This document shows positions 49,780 to 62,230 of a DNA stretch of 64,000 bases, one piece after another (within the stretch, counting starts at the first letter, position 1; the number at the start of each line of letters is the position of its first letter). Source of the DNA: Ginglymostoma cirratum (Eukaryota); the NCBI GenBank assembly GCA_024137785.1, contig JAHRHZ010000009.1, positions 43,630,554 to 43,694,553 of the forward strand, written 5' to 3'. The notes beneath the pieces are model-generated. The model was given only the letters and a program-made list of their open reading frames with translations. It was not told the DNA's origin and searched no databases. Both the position numbers and the translations under genes were made by a program.

Positions 49780-50844
49780 TTAAAAACAATGACATGTGGA
49801 TCCATGAAGCAAAAAGCCGTCACAGTGTTGATTGTCTTGAAAATGGTGCTGAAGGTCCTGACAACATTGTTTGACCTACTATTATCATACATTTTAGGGG
49901 CATGTACTTGGAATTAGGATAGCAATTGAAATATCATAAGCATTTAAAAATAATGATTTTATTATGTTAAAAATCTTGCTTTTTAAAATTGTAATAGAGA
50001 ATTTTTGTATACTTCAAAATATTAAATGTTTTTCAGGCCCAATCATTAGAAGTTGTCACATTCATTCCACAAGGTATAGTGTTTTGGAAGGGGATTGTTA
50101 TAAGAAGAGTTGAGTGCAGAAAGTGGAAACTTTTGACAATTCTTGTAGTTTCTAATGATTAAGACTTGTGGAAACTTCAACAGTGTATTCTGCAATGAAA
50201 CAGATTACTGCAATAGAGCAATTTCTGGATGTTTTCATTTAATCATACATGTGAGAATGCCAGAAGCTGGTATCAGTTAACAGTTATACAACAGAATCAC
50301 TGTCAATTTCACTGCACTTATAGCCACAATGTCTGTACATGAGGTTCATTCAATTGCTGCTCATCCTTTTTAGTGTCGGTGGTCATTGAGGAGCAGTGCT
50401 GTGCCAATGTAAGTTGGTGAGTTTCTGTAGTACACAATGTACATTATACTTAACACAAAAATAGCATGCCAATAATGTTAACATTGGAAAATAAGTACAG
50501 TGGTATAGCATGAATCAAACAATTGGTTTGTCCTGATGTAGTGAGTTCCTCAACCATCAATTTAGTTGCGCGCATTTAAGCAAAATTATGAATTTTCCAT
50601 CAGATTCCTAATGAGAGGCTAGGAGGTGTTGCACAGGTTTTTGAGGAGTCAGGAGGTAAGCATTTTTGTTTTGAGAAATACTGCATCCCTAACCTGGCTT
50701 TTGCATCCACCACATTCACATGGCTGGTCCAATTAAGCCTTTGATTAATATTGCGAGTGTTCTCAGAGGTGAGTAAGGGTGGAGATGAGATTGTTGAACA
50801 TGTTTCATGTTTCAGATGTTCAGGCCTTTATGTGGCCTAAGTAT

Positions 50845-52120
50845 GAATGTACATGAAAACATATAAATTATGAGAAGAACTAAACTATTCAATCCCTCAA
50901 GCCAGCTGTGCCATTCAATAAGAACATGGCTGTCTGTTTGTCCTCCAAATTTAACATTCAAATACTTTTCTGATAATGTTTGATTCCCTTGCTTGCCTAA
51001 CAAAATGTGTCCACCTCTGCTGTAAAAATATTCAAACTACCTTGTCTATCATATCATAGATTCCAAAGTTGCACAACCAAAATTGCCTGTCTCTGTGGCG
51101 CAATCGATTAGGGCGTTTGGCTGTTAACTGGGGGTTTGGGGGCAGCATGGTGGCTGAGTGGTTAGCTTTGCTGCCTCACACCACCAGGGACCCAGGTTTG
51201 ATTCCACCCTTGGGTGACTGTCTGTGTGGAGTTTGCACATTCTCCACATGTTTGCGTGGGTTTCCTCCAGGCGCTCCGGTTTCTTCCCACAGTCGAACGA
51301 TGTGCAGGCCAGGTGGATTGGCTATGTTAAATTGCCCATAGTGTCTAGGTTGGGAAATGCAGGGATAGGGTAGGGAGTGGGTCTGGGTGGGATGCTCTTT
51401 GGAGGGTCAGTGTGGACCCGATGGGCCAAATGGCCTGCTTTCACGCTGTCGGGATTCTGTGATTCTGTGAACCCACTGAGAGAAAAAAAACTTCTACATC
51501 TCTTTGTCCTAGATGAGAAATCCCCTAAATTTAAAGAGATGCCTCCTAATTCTGGCCTCACAAGAATAAACATTTTTGCCACGTACCCCTTATCAAGACT
51601 GCTCATCATCTTATAAGTAAAAGTAAAAGCACCCCTCTCTCTTTTCAAGGCTTGTGAAAACAAACCTCATTTGTCCAATCATTCCTCATAAGAAAACTCA
51701 CTCATTCCCAGATTTCAATCTAGCAAACCTCCTCTGAATTGACTCCAACTCATTTGCATCCTTCCTGAACACATTATTTGAGATGCATTCTCACAAGTGC
51801 CCTGTAGAACTGAAACATAACATCCTTATTTTTACAATCAATTCCTCTTGGAATGAATGCTAGTTTGCTACTGACCTTCCTGATTATGTGCTATACCTAC
51901 ATATTAAACTTTTGTGACTTATGCTCTAAACCATTTAGGATCTTTTGGACCTCAGAATGCTGCAATCATTCTCCGTTTAAGTAACACTCTGATTTTTTGT
52001 TATTCTTCCACCAAAGCAAACAACTACTTCATGCTCCATCTGCTCGGTTTTTCATCCCTCACTTGATCTTTCTACATTTTTCTGCATCCTTGTAATGTTA
52101 TCTTCATAGCTATTTCCTAC
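50845..52120 (-). mobile_element. CR1 LINE 3' fragment interrupted by a SINE
   Basis: CR1 3' UTR at 50850-51090; the ORF2 end resumes at 51470 (YKMMSSLDK in ORF 51322). Confidence 0.75.
51140..51467 (+). mobile_element. HE1/V-SINE-like tRNA SINE, full length
   Basis: A box tggctgagtgg, B box ggtttgattcc, conserved core, and tail gggattctgtgattctg. Confidence 0.92.
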
Positions 52121-52599
52121 AAACTGAATATCGAGAAATAAAAGACATAAAAATGGTAAGAACTATAGTTTCCATCTAATTTACTTCACTGGTACAACTT
52201 AATAAATTTAGATTTGAGGGGGAGACAGTTTTGAAATCAGAGTGAATTAAAATGCATTATCAAGTTCTGTGACCCTAATTCCTCACATTCAGACAGCAGG
52301 CTGCAAACAATTTCCTTTTATATTCCATAAATTTAATGATATTACTGAGAGTGATTCATTATGCATAAATAAATGGTTGAGCTAAGGTAATTATAATGTG
52401 TTGTGACCCAATGTACTGCACAGTTCCCACTTCAGAGAAACTCAGAAGGAGCCCATTAATATTAGCTGACTTTCAGTATGAATATCATACATAAAAGCAA
52501 AGTTATCTTTGAGAGTCTATTCAACAGTCAACTTTTTCCAAAAAAAAGAGTGACTTTAACTGATATTTATTTTAAAATAACAGCTGAGAAAAAAAAATA

Positions 52600-54050
52600 C
52601 TGCTATACAAACCCATTGAATGGCTCTTATTGCTGTAATATCTGATGCAACTGCTGGACCTTTCCTGTTATTGCAAGAAGTACTACTGCGCCCCCCCCCC
52701 CCCCCAAAACCACCCCCCCCCGCCTGATACTCTTTGCAAGGGCATATCCAATGGCACAATGGTGTCTCTATTCTGGCCAAAGATCCACTTCTAACAAAAG
52801 GCACCACGGCATATACCTGAGATCTTCACTACAGCTGAAGTTGCAGCAACCAGGAGTGGAGCAAAGATCTAGTTTTACACTCTTATCTGGAAGCCCTGCT
52901 ATAGGATGTGAGAGACTGCAATTAGATGAGCTCTCCCAAGGATAGGAAGAAGAATCCAGCTTCTCCATGTCAAACAAGCGGGCGTGGAAATGAACAGCAA
53001 ATTCAGCATCAGAAATGAAATGCCTTCAACTTGGAGACAGTGCACCTCCGAGAGGATCCCGGGCTTTGGGAAAGCATGACAGGTAAGTGGTGTAACATGT
53101 GCATGCAGTAAGCCCCATACAGATTCTTGTGCACACTGGCATACTCCAGTACAGCATAACTTAAAGTAATGCATCTTCAGCACCACTCATTCCACTCCCT
53201 GCAGGTAGCTCACTTATGCCCCAACATCCACACTCATGCTCAGCTTATTGCCATCTCACACTCTCACAGTCACTTCCTACAAGTTTTGTCTCTCACTTCT
53301 TTACACAAGCACTCCCATTTCATTGCTTTCTCTGTTTGACGATAATAGAAAGGGCTTGACTTGGTGAAAGAGGTCTGTTTGTTGTGAACGGTAGCAGAAG
53401 CTTGGAAACTGTTATGAATACATCTCCAACTAGCAGACTGGTGAAGAATTCTTGTCCCAGGACATAAAGGCAGGCCACCACTGACATCTTTAAAGAGCTT
53501 GACTCTCCTGAGCTACTGGTGCTCAGATCCTCTACTTGTAGGTCTGTGTTGATGTCACACCTCATTCCAGCTGGATTGCGATGCCTATTCCTTCTTCCCT
53601 GTGGCAAGACCTGTGTCTGGGGAGAAGGCAGGTGGTGATGGTGCTGCAGCTGCTGGTGTTTTTCCTGTTATTGCAGGAAGTGTTAGCAGTGTTGTGGCTT
53701 CTGCTTTTGTTCTTCAGCAGAGGTTAAAGGTGAAATTGCATAAGCTTCTCCCATGCCATGTTGAAGCCTGGCATAAGTAAGAGCAGCTAAAGCTTACTGA
53801 AGTGCTAGACAGGTGAAGTGCCTTCCATAAACTCGGCCATTAGTAGGATTCTCTGAGTGAGCTGCTTAAATCAGCAGCCTCTCACTAGGCCAAAGCTGAA
53901 AATCTTCAGTTTCACTGAACAAAGATTTCACAGATTGTCAGTTTCACTGAAAACCTCTTCTCACTTTGCTCTCACCTCGATCTGCTTTAATAGTTCCTGA
54001 CAGATTAGGTAACATAAACCATGGCTGGGAAATCCAGGTTTCAGGGTTAA
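52600..54050. mobile_element. Internally deleted PIF/Harbinger-like element: Myb/SANT exon (+, about 52870-53082) facing a transposase N-terminus (-, about 53330-53780)
   Basis: Plus strand LEALL*DVRD...RAWK...TWRQC followed by the donor ag/gtaagt. Minus ORF 53320-53607 weakly resembles a Harbinger transposase N-terminus. Confidence 0.5.
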
Positions 54051-54167
54051 AGTAGTTCTTAGTAACCTCATGCAGATTTCATTACTTAACTGAGAGATTC
54101 AAGGCACTCCTTGTTCCCCTTCAAAGGATACTGTAAGAAAAGCCAGGAGGACGACGATGAGGACTCA

Positions 54168-54484
54168 ACCATGACTCAGTTGTTAGCACTGCTGCCTCAC
54201 AGCGGCAGGGACCTGGGTTCAATTTCACCCTCGGGTGACTGCCTGCGTGGAGTGTGCACATTCTCTCTGTGTCTGCATGGGTTTCTGGTTTTTCTGGTCT
54301 CTTTCCACAGTCAAAAGATGTGCAGCTTAGGTCAATTGGCCATGCTAAATTGCCCATAGTGTCTAAGAATGTGCAGGCAAGCTGGATCAGCTATGGGAGA
54401 TGCACAGTTACAGGGATCGGTTAGGGGGATGGATCTGGTAGAATGCTCTTCGGAAGGTCACACTGTAGGGAATGTATGATTCTA
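54168..54484 (+). mobile_element. HE1/V-SINE-like tRNA SINE
   Basis: ttagcactgctgcctcacagcggcagggacctgggttcaatt...attggccatgctaaattgcccatagtg. Confidence 0.9.
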
Positions 54485-54736
54485 AGGTGAGATTTCTTCA
54501 GAAACCAAGTCAATTTTCTGAGACAGTCCCATGCCGATGACTGGGTAGGCAAGTTTTGTTTGTTTTTAATAGAGAAATCCAAACTGGATTTCCTGACAAT
54601 TGAAATACTTCCCAGTTTATTTTCTCCAACATTGGAGATTTGTCAAAATGCAATATATACACTAGAACTTCACCAAGCATTCAATGCTTTCTTTATAAGT
54701 TAGAAAATATGCATCACGCTGATGGTATTGTTCTGT

Positions 54737-54915
54737 AAACAGAGCAAAGTACTGCAGATGCTAGAGATCTGAAATAAAAACAGAAATTGCTGGAGAAACT
54801 CAGTAGAACCCAAATTTCCAGAATCAAAGGAGAATCATATTGGACTTGAAACGTCTGTTTCTCTCTTCATAAATGCTACAAGAACTGCCGCATTTCATCA
54901 GCACTTTCAATTTTA
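54737..54915. mobile_element. Palindromic Penelope-derived mini-element, degenerate
   Basis: Left arm actgcagatgctagagatctgaaataaaaacagaaattgctggagaaactcag; the right arm retains gacttGAAACGTC (GUC triplet) at about 54843-54855. Confidence 0.65.
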
Positions 54916-55094
54916 ATTTATGCTTGCTTTGTAAATTGATAGGAGATGTTGCATCACCACCTCCAGATCTCACTGATTAGTCTCCAGGGACTTTCTGCTG
55001 CTTAGCGTCTCAAACATTCCCGTTAGTCAAGATATCACCATTATAATTAATTTGGTCTTCTTGTCTTTAATGTTATTCAACTAATGGTAAATTA

Positions 55095-56460
55095 TTTAGA
55101 GGCATATCAGCAGGAAAGAAGCCCTTTGGCCCATTATATCTATGTTGGCGATCAAGCACCTATCTATGTTCATTTCATTTTCCAGAACCTGGCCCCTAGC
55201 CTTGTATGCTGTGGAATTTTATGTGATCATTTAAATACTTCTTAAATGTCTTGTGGGTTCCTATCTCTACCATCCTTTCAGGCAAAATGTTCCAGATACA
55301 CATAACTCTCTGTGTGAAACAATCATCCTTAAATTCCCTTTAGACCAGCTGTCCTTTACTTTGCATCTATGCCCTTGGTTAATAATTCCTCTACTAAGGA
55401 GAAAAGTTTATTGCTATCTAACCTGTCAATGCCCCTTGCAGTTTTATAGGCCTCAACCAGATTCCCACTCAGCTTTCTCTTCATTAAAGAAAACAATCCA
55501 AACCTAACTACTCTCTTTTCATAGCTGAATCACTCAAGTCCAGGTATAGACCTGGAGTATCTACTCTGGACCCTCTCAATGCAATCACATCCTTCCTATA
55601 TTGTGGCAACCAGAACTGCAGACAGTACTGTAGGTGTGGCCTAACTGACATTATATACAGCTCCATCATTACCTCACAGCTCTTGTATTCAATGCCTCGG
55701 CTAACAAAGACAAACATCCCATATGGTGTTGTAACCACTTTGTCTACCTGTTCTACTGCCTCCGAGAATCTTTGTACATGCACACCAAAGTTCCTCTGAT
55801 CTTCAGTACTAACCTAGGTCCAATCATTCATCATGTACTCCCTTGCATCACCTTATACTTTTCAAAGCTAAATTACGTTTGCAATTGTTCAGCCCATCTG
55901 ACCAGCCCATCTGCGTTTAACAGTAATCAAATGCTTTCATCCTCACTATTCACTACACCACCAAATTTTGTGTTGATTGTGAACTTATGGATAAAACCCC
56001 CTACACTCTGTCAAAATCAACAATACACACTACAAACAGCAAGGGAATCAGCACTAAATTCCGTGGTATGCCACAGAACACAAGCTTCTAGTTACAAAAA
56101 CACTACCACCCTCTGCTGCTGCCACTCAGTTAATTTTAGATCCACTCATCAAATTGACCTGGATCTCATGGTTCTTACCTTCTTGACCAGTCTCCCATGC
56201 TGTACATTGTGAAAAGCTTTGCAGAAATCCATGTAGCCTACGTTAACTGTATTATCTTCATCCATACATCTAGTTACTTTCTCAAAAAAAAAGCCAATTA
56301 AACCTATAAGACATGATCTCCCTCTGGCAAAGCCATGCTGACTATCCTGAATTAATCCAAGTCATTTGGCCCTCAGGATTTTTCCCAATTTTCCCCACCA
56401 CTGATGTTAGGCTCATTGGCCTTTGGTTTTCTGGTTAATTCCTACTATTCTTCTTGAACA
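55095..56460 (-). mobile_element. CR1 LINE 3' 1.4 kb
   Basis: ORF 55508-55783(-) YGMFVFVSRGIEYKSCEVMMELYIMSVRPHLQYCLQFWLPQYRKDVIAL is a typical CR1 ORF2 C-terminus. Confidence 0.9.
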
Positions 56461-56461
56461 T

Positions 56462-56600
56462 AGACACAGGAGGAGCAGCAGTAGTAGACAGGCATGGGAT
56501 GAAATGGCTCTCATTGCCCTGAAGCTTCAGCCGTGCAACAAATCATTCGACCATCTGTCTGCCTCCAAGAAAATGACAGTTTCTACTCAGGTCACTGTGG
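56462..56600 (+). pseudogene. Harbinger Myb/SANT-like fragment
   Basis: RQAWDEMA...QPCNKSFDHL resembles the trihelix pattern AW.E.A...QC.K..NDL. Confidence 0.45.
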
Positions 56601-57186
56601 AGGCCCTCCACCTCCATCTCCCCACTGCTTTTCACCATGCACCCCCAACAACACTTGGATACTCTGAGTATCCAAGAGCAGGCCAGGGCTGGGTCCAGTA
56701 GAGGGGAAGCTATCAGATCCCAGGGTGGGTGGATTTGGATCCTGAGATGGGTGGTGGCCCAAGGGGAAAGATGTCAGGCCCTTGGGAGAGGGATCCTGGG
56801 GGCTGATTGTTTTGGGTAGTGGGGTTTGTTTTGGGTATCGTTGTGGGAGTATTTGGTCCCTGAGGTTCATTAGATCTTGTTGTGTCAAATCATGGCCTGT
56901 GAGTGTATATTTAGGGGTGTGTGAGATAAATATGGGATCATTTTCACAGTTATGCAGGAATTAGACCATGTATTTAATATTTAACCTATTAGTAACTATT
57001 TTGCTTAATACCATATTGAATGGGAACTTGACAGGTTTGACTGCGAAATGGCCAAGCACACCATTCAGTTAAGGGAGACTAATGAAGGGAACTATTTCTG
57101 GCCTTGTTAGCAATGTCTACTTCCCATGAAAGAGAAAGAAACTGCCATTTGAATGTTCTCAAATGATTTAATAATCTCATTTCTAG

Positions 57187-57528
57187 ATCATAGAATTATA
57201 GAATCTCTACAATGTGGAAACAGGCCATTCTGCCCATTGAGTTCACAATGACCCTCCAAAGACCATTCCACCCAGACACACCCCCAACTCAATCCCTGCA
57301 ATCACACATTTACCATGGCTAATCCACCTTGCTTGCACATCCCTAGACTCTCGGGGTAATTTAGCACGGTCAATTCATCTAATCTTTGGACAGTTGGATG
57401 AAAACAAGAGAACCTGGAAGAAATCTACCAAGACACAGGGACAACATGCAAACTCGACTCGGGCTGTCGTCTGAAGCCAGAATTGAACTGAGGTCCCTGG
57501 CGCTGTGAGACAGCAGTGCCAACTGTGG
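57187..57528 (-). mobile_element. HE1/V-SINE-like tRNA SINE, diverged
   Basis: Tail atagaatctctacaatgtggaaacaggccattc; head ggtccctggcgctgtgagacagcagtgc. Confidence 0.85.
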
Positions 57529-57721
57529 CGTTAGCATCATGGTTTTTGTGGGTAGAAAGATGCTGCCACAAGTCCTCTTTCCTTTACTGGGTCTCAGGCC
57601 CTATTGGTTTAAAGGAACAACCACAGAGTGATTCCTGTGAGTCTTAACAAGAAGAGGCTCTTGTCATAACAAGATGTAGTTTATTGCATGATAGCAATCC
57701 ACTAAAAGTTACCAAGCCCAG

Positions 57722-59165
57722 AGAACCATAAAAGATAGGACCAGGAGTTCACCATTCAATATGATCATGGCTGATTTTTGAGCTCAATAACCTAATCCTG
57801 CCCCCCTCCCATATTCACTGATCCCTTTAGCCACAAGAGCTATTGCTACCTCCTTCTCAAAAACACAAAGTTTTGGCCTCAACTATTTTCTATGGTAGTG
57901 AATTCCACAGGCTCACCACTCTCTGGATGAAGAAATTTCTCCTCATCTCAGTCTTAAAAGGTTTATCCTTTACCTTTAAATTATGACCCCAGTTGTAGAC
58001 GCACCCACCATTGGAAACATCCTTTCTACGCCTGTCCAGTCCTGTTAGAATTTTATAGGTTTCCATGAGATCACCTCTCCCCCACCATTCTTCTGAACTC
58101 CAGTGAATATAATCCAAACCAACTCAATATCTTCTCATACGTCAGTTCTTCAATCCCAGGAATCAATTTGATAAATCCTTTGCTGCACTTCCTGTTCACT
58201 CTTTGACTGTTTGCCATTGTCTACTCACCTTCATTCTTTTCAGTAACATTTCCCAAACCATCATGGCAAAGTCACACCTCATACCATTGCAGTTTCCCTT
58301 ATTAAAATTTAGGTGTCTAGTCTCAGGATCAACTACATCATTCTCCGTTTTGATGGAGAATTCTATCATAAAATGATCACTGAGCCCTAAGGTGGGGTGG
58401 GAGGGAGGGGTCTCATAACTTCATTGCCAATTATTCCTTATACTCAGTCTAAGAAAGGCTGTTCTGTAGTTGGTTCCTCAACATATTAGTCCAGAAAACC
58501 ATCTCATACGTTCAAAAAATTCTTTCCCTACTGGTAACTAACTTGATTTGCTCAATAATTACAAATATTCCTTTACCACATGCATCTCTGATTTCCTGTT
58601 TAATACCACTCCCAACATCACTACTGCAGTTTGGTAGTTTATATACCACACCCATTAATGTTTTGTTGCCTCTTGGTATTTCTGAATTCTACCTCCACAG
58701 ATTCTATATTGTCTGAGTTAATATCTTTCCTCAATCTTGCGTTTATATCCTCTTTAACCGGTAATACAACTCCATTGCCTTTTTTTTTGTCTGTCCTTCC
58801 TGAATACTGAATACTCCTGGATGTTCAGTTCACATCCCTGGTCACCCTGCAGCCATGTCTCCATAATCCTAACAATGTCATACCCATTTACACCTATTTG
58901 CATGATTAATTTTTCCACTTTGTTTCAAATGCTCTATGCATTCAGACACAAAGCCTTAAGGCTTGACTTTTTAACATTCCTTGTCCCAGTCCCACTAGTA
59001 TTTTTTTTACCGTGACCTTGCTTGATTCTGGCCCTTCGTTCCTCTGCCTATCACTTTTCTTATTTCTCTTTCTGTGTTTTGTTCTTGTCCTTGATTCTGC
59101 TTTGTCTGACTCCTTGCATAGGTTCCCATTCACCCTGCCAATTTAAACCCTCCCAAACACTTGAG
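57722..59165 (-). mobile_element. CR1 remnant: 3' end (57722-58195) next to the endonuclease region (58200-59165)
   Basis: RGDLMETYKILTGLD (ORF 57890). Minus strand 58950-58810 reads CLNA.SI.NKVE...GYDIVRIMETWLQGDQ, the APE endonuclease N-terminus. Confidence 0.85.
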
Positions 59166-59341
59166 AAGCTATTTCTCTTCAGGCATCAGTCCTTCTCCTA
59201 TCCAGGTGTAAACACTGGGTGCCCTAGATGACAAATCTATCCCCTCTGTGATCCAGAGTTATTCTCCCAAATTCCCTACTCAAGAGTAAATGACATCATC
59301 AGACTGGGTGGAACTAATGCAGTCTCCGTCGAGAACCATTT

Positions 59342-60322
59342 CATACAATCATAAAGTCATACAGCACAAAAATAGACCCTTCAGTCCAACTCGTCCATGC
59401 CAATCAAGTTTCCTAACTAAACTCATCCCACTTGCCTGCATTAGGTCTATGTCCCTCTAAACCTTTCCTATTTTTGTACCTATCTGAATGTCTTTTAAAT
59501 GTAACTGTACCTGCATCTACCACTTCCTCCAGCAGTTCCTTGCACATACTATCCTCTGTGTGAAAAGGTTGCCCCTTAGGTTCCTGTTAAACCTTTTTCC
59601 TCTCGCCTTAAAAATATGGCCACAAGTTCTGAACTCCCCCAGCCTAGGGAAAAGACCCTTGCTATTCACCTTATCTATGCCACTCATGATTTTATAAACC
59701 TCTGTAAGATCACCCCTCAAACTCCTATGCTCCAGTGAAAAAAGTCCTAGCCTATCCAGCCTCCCCCAGCAGTCCTGGCAACGTCCTGGTAAATCTTTTC
59801 TGATCCATCTACAATTTATTAATATCCTTCCTGTAGCAGAGTGACCAGAACTGTACATAGCAGTCCATCAGTGGCCTCACCAACATCCTGTACAGCCTCA
59901 ACATGATGTCCCAACACTTATACTCAGTGGTCTGAGCTATGAAGGCAAGCATGCTAGATGCCTTGTCAACCTACCTGTGATGCATCTTTCAAAGATCAGT
60001 GCATCTGAAACTCTAGGTCTTTCTGTTTGACAACACTACTCGGGCACTATCATTAACTGTGTAAGTCCTGCCCTTGATCAATTTATCAAAATGCAAAGCA
60101 TTGCATTTGTTCAAATTAAACACCTTCTGCCACTCCTCAGCCCTATGGCCCGGTTGGTCAAAAACCTTTTGTAATCATAGATAACCCTCTTCACTGTTGA
60201 CTATACTACCAATTTTGGTGTCATCTTCAAACTTACTAATCATGCCTCCTAAATTCTCATCCAAATTTTTTACATAAATAACAAACAACAGTGGACCCAG
60301 CACCGATCCCTGTGGAACACCA
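59342..60322 (-). mobile_element. CR1/HER1-like LINE 3' 1 kb
   Basis: ORF 59517-59858 RLDRLGLFSLEHRSLRGDLTEVYKIMSGIDKV; FEDDTKIG at about 60215-60232; GVPQGSVLGPLLF at about 60283-60322. Confidence 0.93.
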
Positions 60323-61129
60323 TCCTTCTTTATTCTAAGCTTTTATTTTGCTAACTCATATCATCTAATTTCCTTAGCCCTTTCGACTTCATGTTTTCTC
60401 AATTCCACTTTTTTCTACTTTCGCTCTCCTATCTCTTCACTATTCTTTGTTTTTTTTTCTCTTTGCTTTCAAGTCTTTTAATTTCTCTGACTCAAGTTTT
60501 TTTGTCTTTCATTTCTAACTGTATCTTAGATAGTTCCAAATTTGGGTTTCACTTCTTCTAATTCTCAATGTATTATAATCATTTGAAGCATCTCATCCTA
60601 AAGAGATCCCGCTTTTTTTTCTGCCTACCATATAACTGCTAAATCCTGTAATCCAAATTGAGTCAAAGATTTTATATAATCCACTATTGTATCTTACACC
60701 TCCAGAAAATTCTCAGCAATATCCAAAGCTGTCCTCAACTTTTGTGCAATAATTCAAGAGCTCTCCCTTGTTAAGAACCCAGCTGATGTTATTACTGTAC
60801 ATGTTAGATGCCACACAGGAACCCAAATTGACAGATTGTACTTTGATGTGTTTTAGTTTTATCAACATTGTCTCTGACCGAAACATAAACTCACAATGCT
60901 GCCTGTTTTGCTTTAACAATGAAATGAAAATTTATTAGAAAAGAAATGAAAATAAGGTAACCACTTGGAACACAAATTCAAGATTTTTAGCCACACATAA
61001 AAAAAATCCATTAATCAGAGAACATTCCTTTATAAACTGAAAATTAGCAAAGAAGCTTTGTTATATTCACTAATGCACAGCCCTGGTACAGCATCCAAAA
61101 TCCCACATATACCATAGTTATACCAGAGT

Positions 61130-61540
61130 GGGAGGAGTGATTGGTTTGACTAGGCGAGTTTTCACTAGAGTTTAGAAGAATAAGAGAGGATCTCATTAAA
61201 ACATGTAAATTCTTATAGTGCTGGACAGACTAGTTGCGGGAAAATGATTTCTCTGATTGGGGAATCTAGAATCGGGAGTCATAGTTTTCGGGCTGAGATG
61301 AGGACACATTTCTTTGCTCAAAGGGCAATGACGTATCTACTGCAGAAGTTTGTGGAGGACAAGTCACTGAAATTATTTATGAAAGTATGTTAAATTTTTA
61401 AATATATCGAAGGGTATAGGGAGAAAGCATGAGTATGGCAATATCATAGAGAATCAATCACAATCATATTGAATGGCACAGCAGGCTCGAAGAGCCAAAT
61501 GGCCTATACCTGGTCCAATTTTCTATGTTTCTATGTTTTC
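61130..61540 (+). mobile_element. CR1 3' end
   Basis: tcactagagtttagaagaataagagaggatctcatt...ggctcgaagagccaaatggcct..ttctatgtttctatg. Confidence 0.8.
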
Positions 61541-61559
61541 TACAAGTGCTTTAGTAAAT

Positions 61560-61805
61560 TGGGCCTGAAATTTATCACAATGAGAGTGATGTAGTTGAAT
61601 ATTATAGATTATGGAGAAAGTTTGATAGGGTAGATACTGAGAATGTGTGTCACATGATTGGACATTAAGAACAAAGGAGATATCAACTCAGGATAAGGGG
61701 TTGACCATTTCAGACCAAAGCAAGGTTGAATTCCTTTACTCAAAAAGTTGTTGATCTATGGAATTCTCCAACCCAGGCAGCTCAGGAATTACAGTTACTG
61801 AGCAT
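61560..61805 (+). mobile_element. CR1 ORF2 C-terminal fragment
   Basis: tttgatagggtagatactgaga...ttcctttactcaaaaagttgttgatctatggaattctc. Confidence 0.65.
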
Positions 61806-61810
61806 ATCAC

Positions 61811-62225
61811 TTTGGAGGAGCCCTATGGTACTTGGAAGAGCACATGCCAAGATGTGTGTTGTGTTGCATGCTGCACAATCTCGTTAACGAGGGCAGAGAC
61901 ACTAACACTATCTGTATAGTTGGCAATTGAGGAAGAGGAACAGGAAGGGAGCATGCACCTGATCCATACCCTTTCCAGATATTTCAGTAACAACATATTC
62001 AACTGCATTACCAGGAATTGCATACCAATTCGTCATTGCTACTGCCCATCATATTGTCTGGATAAATACAATGCAAATATAACAGACATCACAAAATGAA
62101 AATTCCAGGTCAATTTTATGAATCATATTGCATATAAGTGACATCAATCATGCTTGTGGATTCATTTTATATCCATCTTTTGGGTGCCTTTACCTCTCTT
62201 AATACCTCTATACAGTGCTATTCCA
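61811..62225 (+). pseudogene. PIF/Harbinger transposase C-terminal fragment plus downstream spacer
   Basis: In frame from 61811: FGGALWYLEEHMPRCVLCCMLHNLVNEG, then an acidic stretch. Matches the HARBI1-type motif GALQY.PE...ACC.LHN. Confidence 0.75.
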
Positions 62226-62230
62226 AGTTG

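Noticed and set aside
51140-51215. tRNA gene
   Set aside because: The A and B boxes belong to a SINE head and continue into SINE core and tail; the same holds for the other SINE heads.
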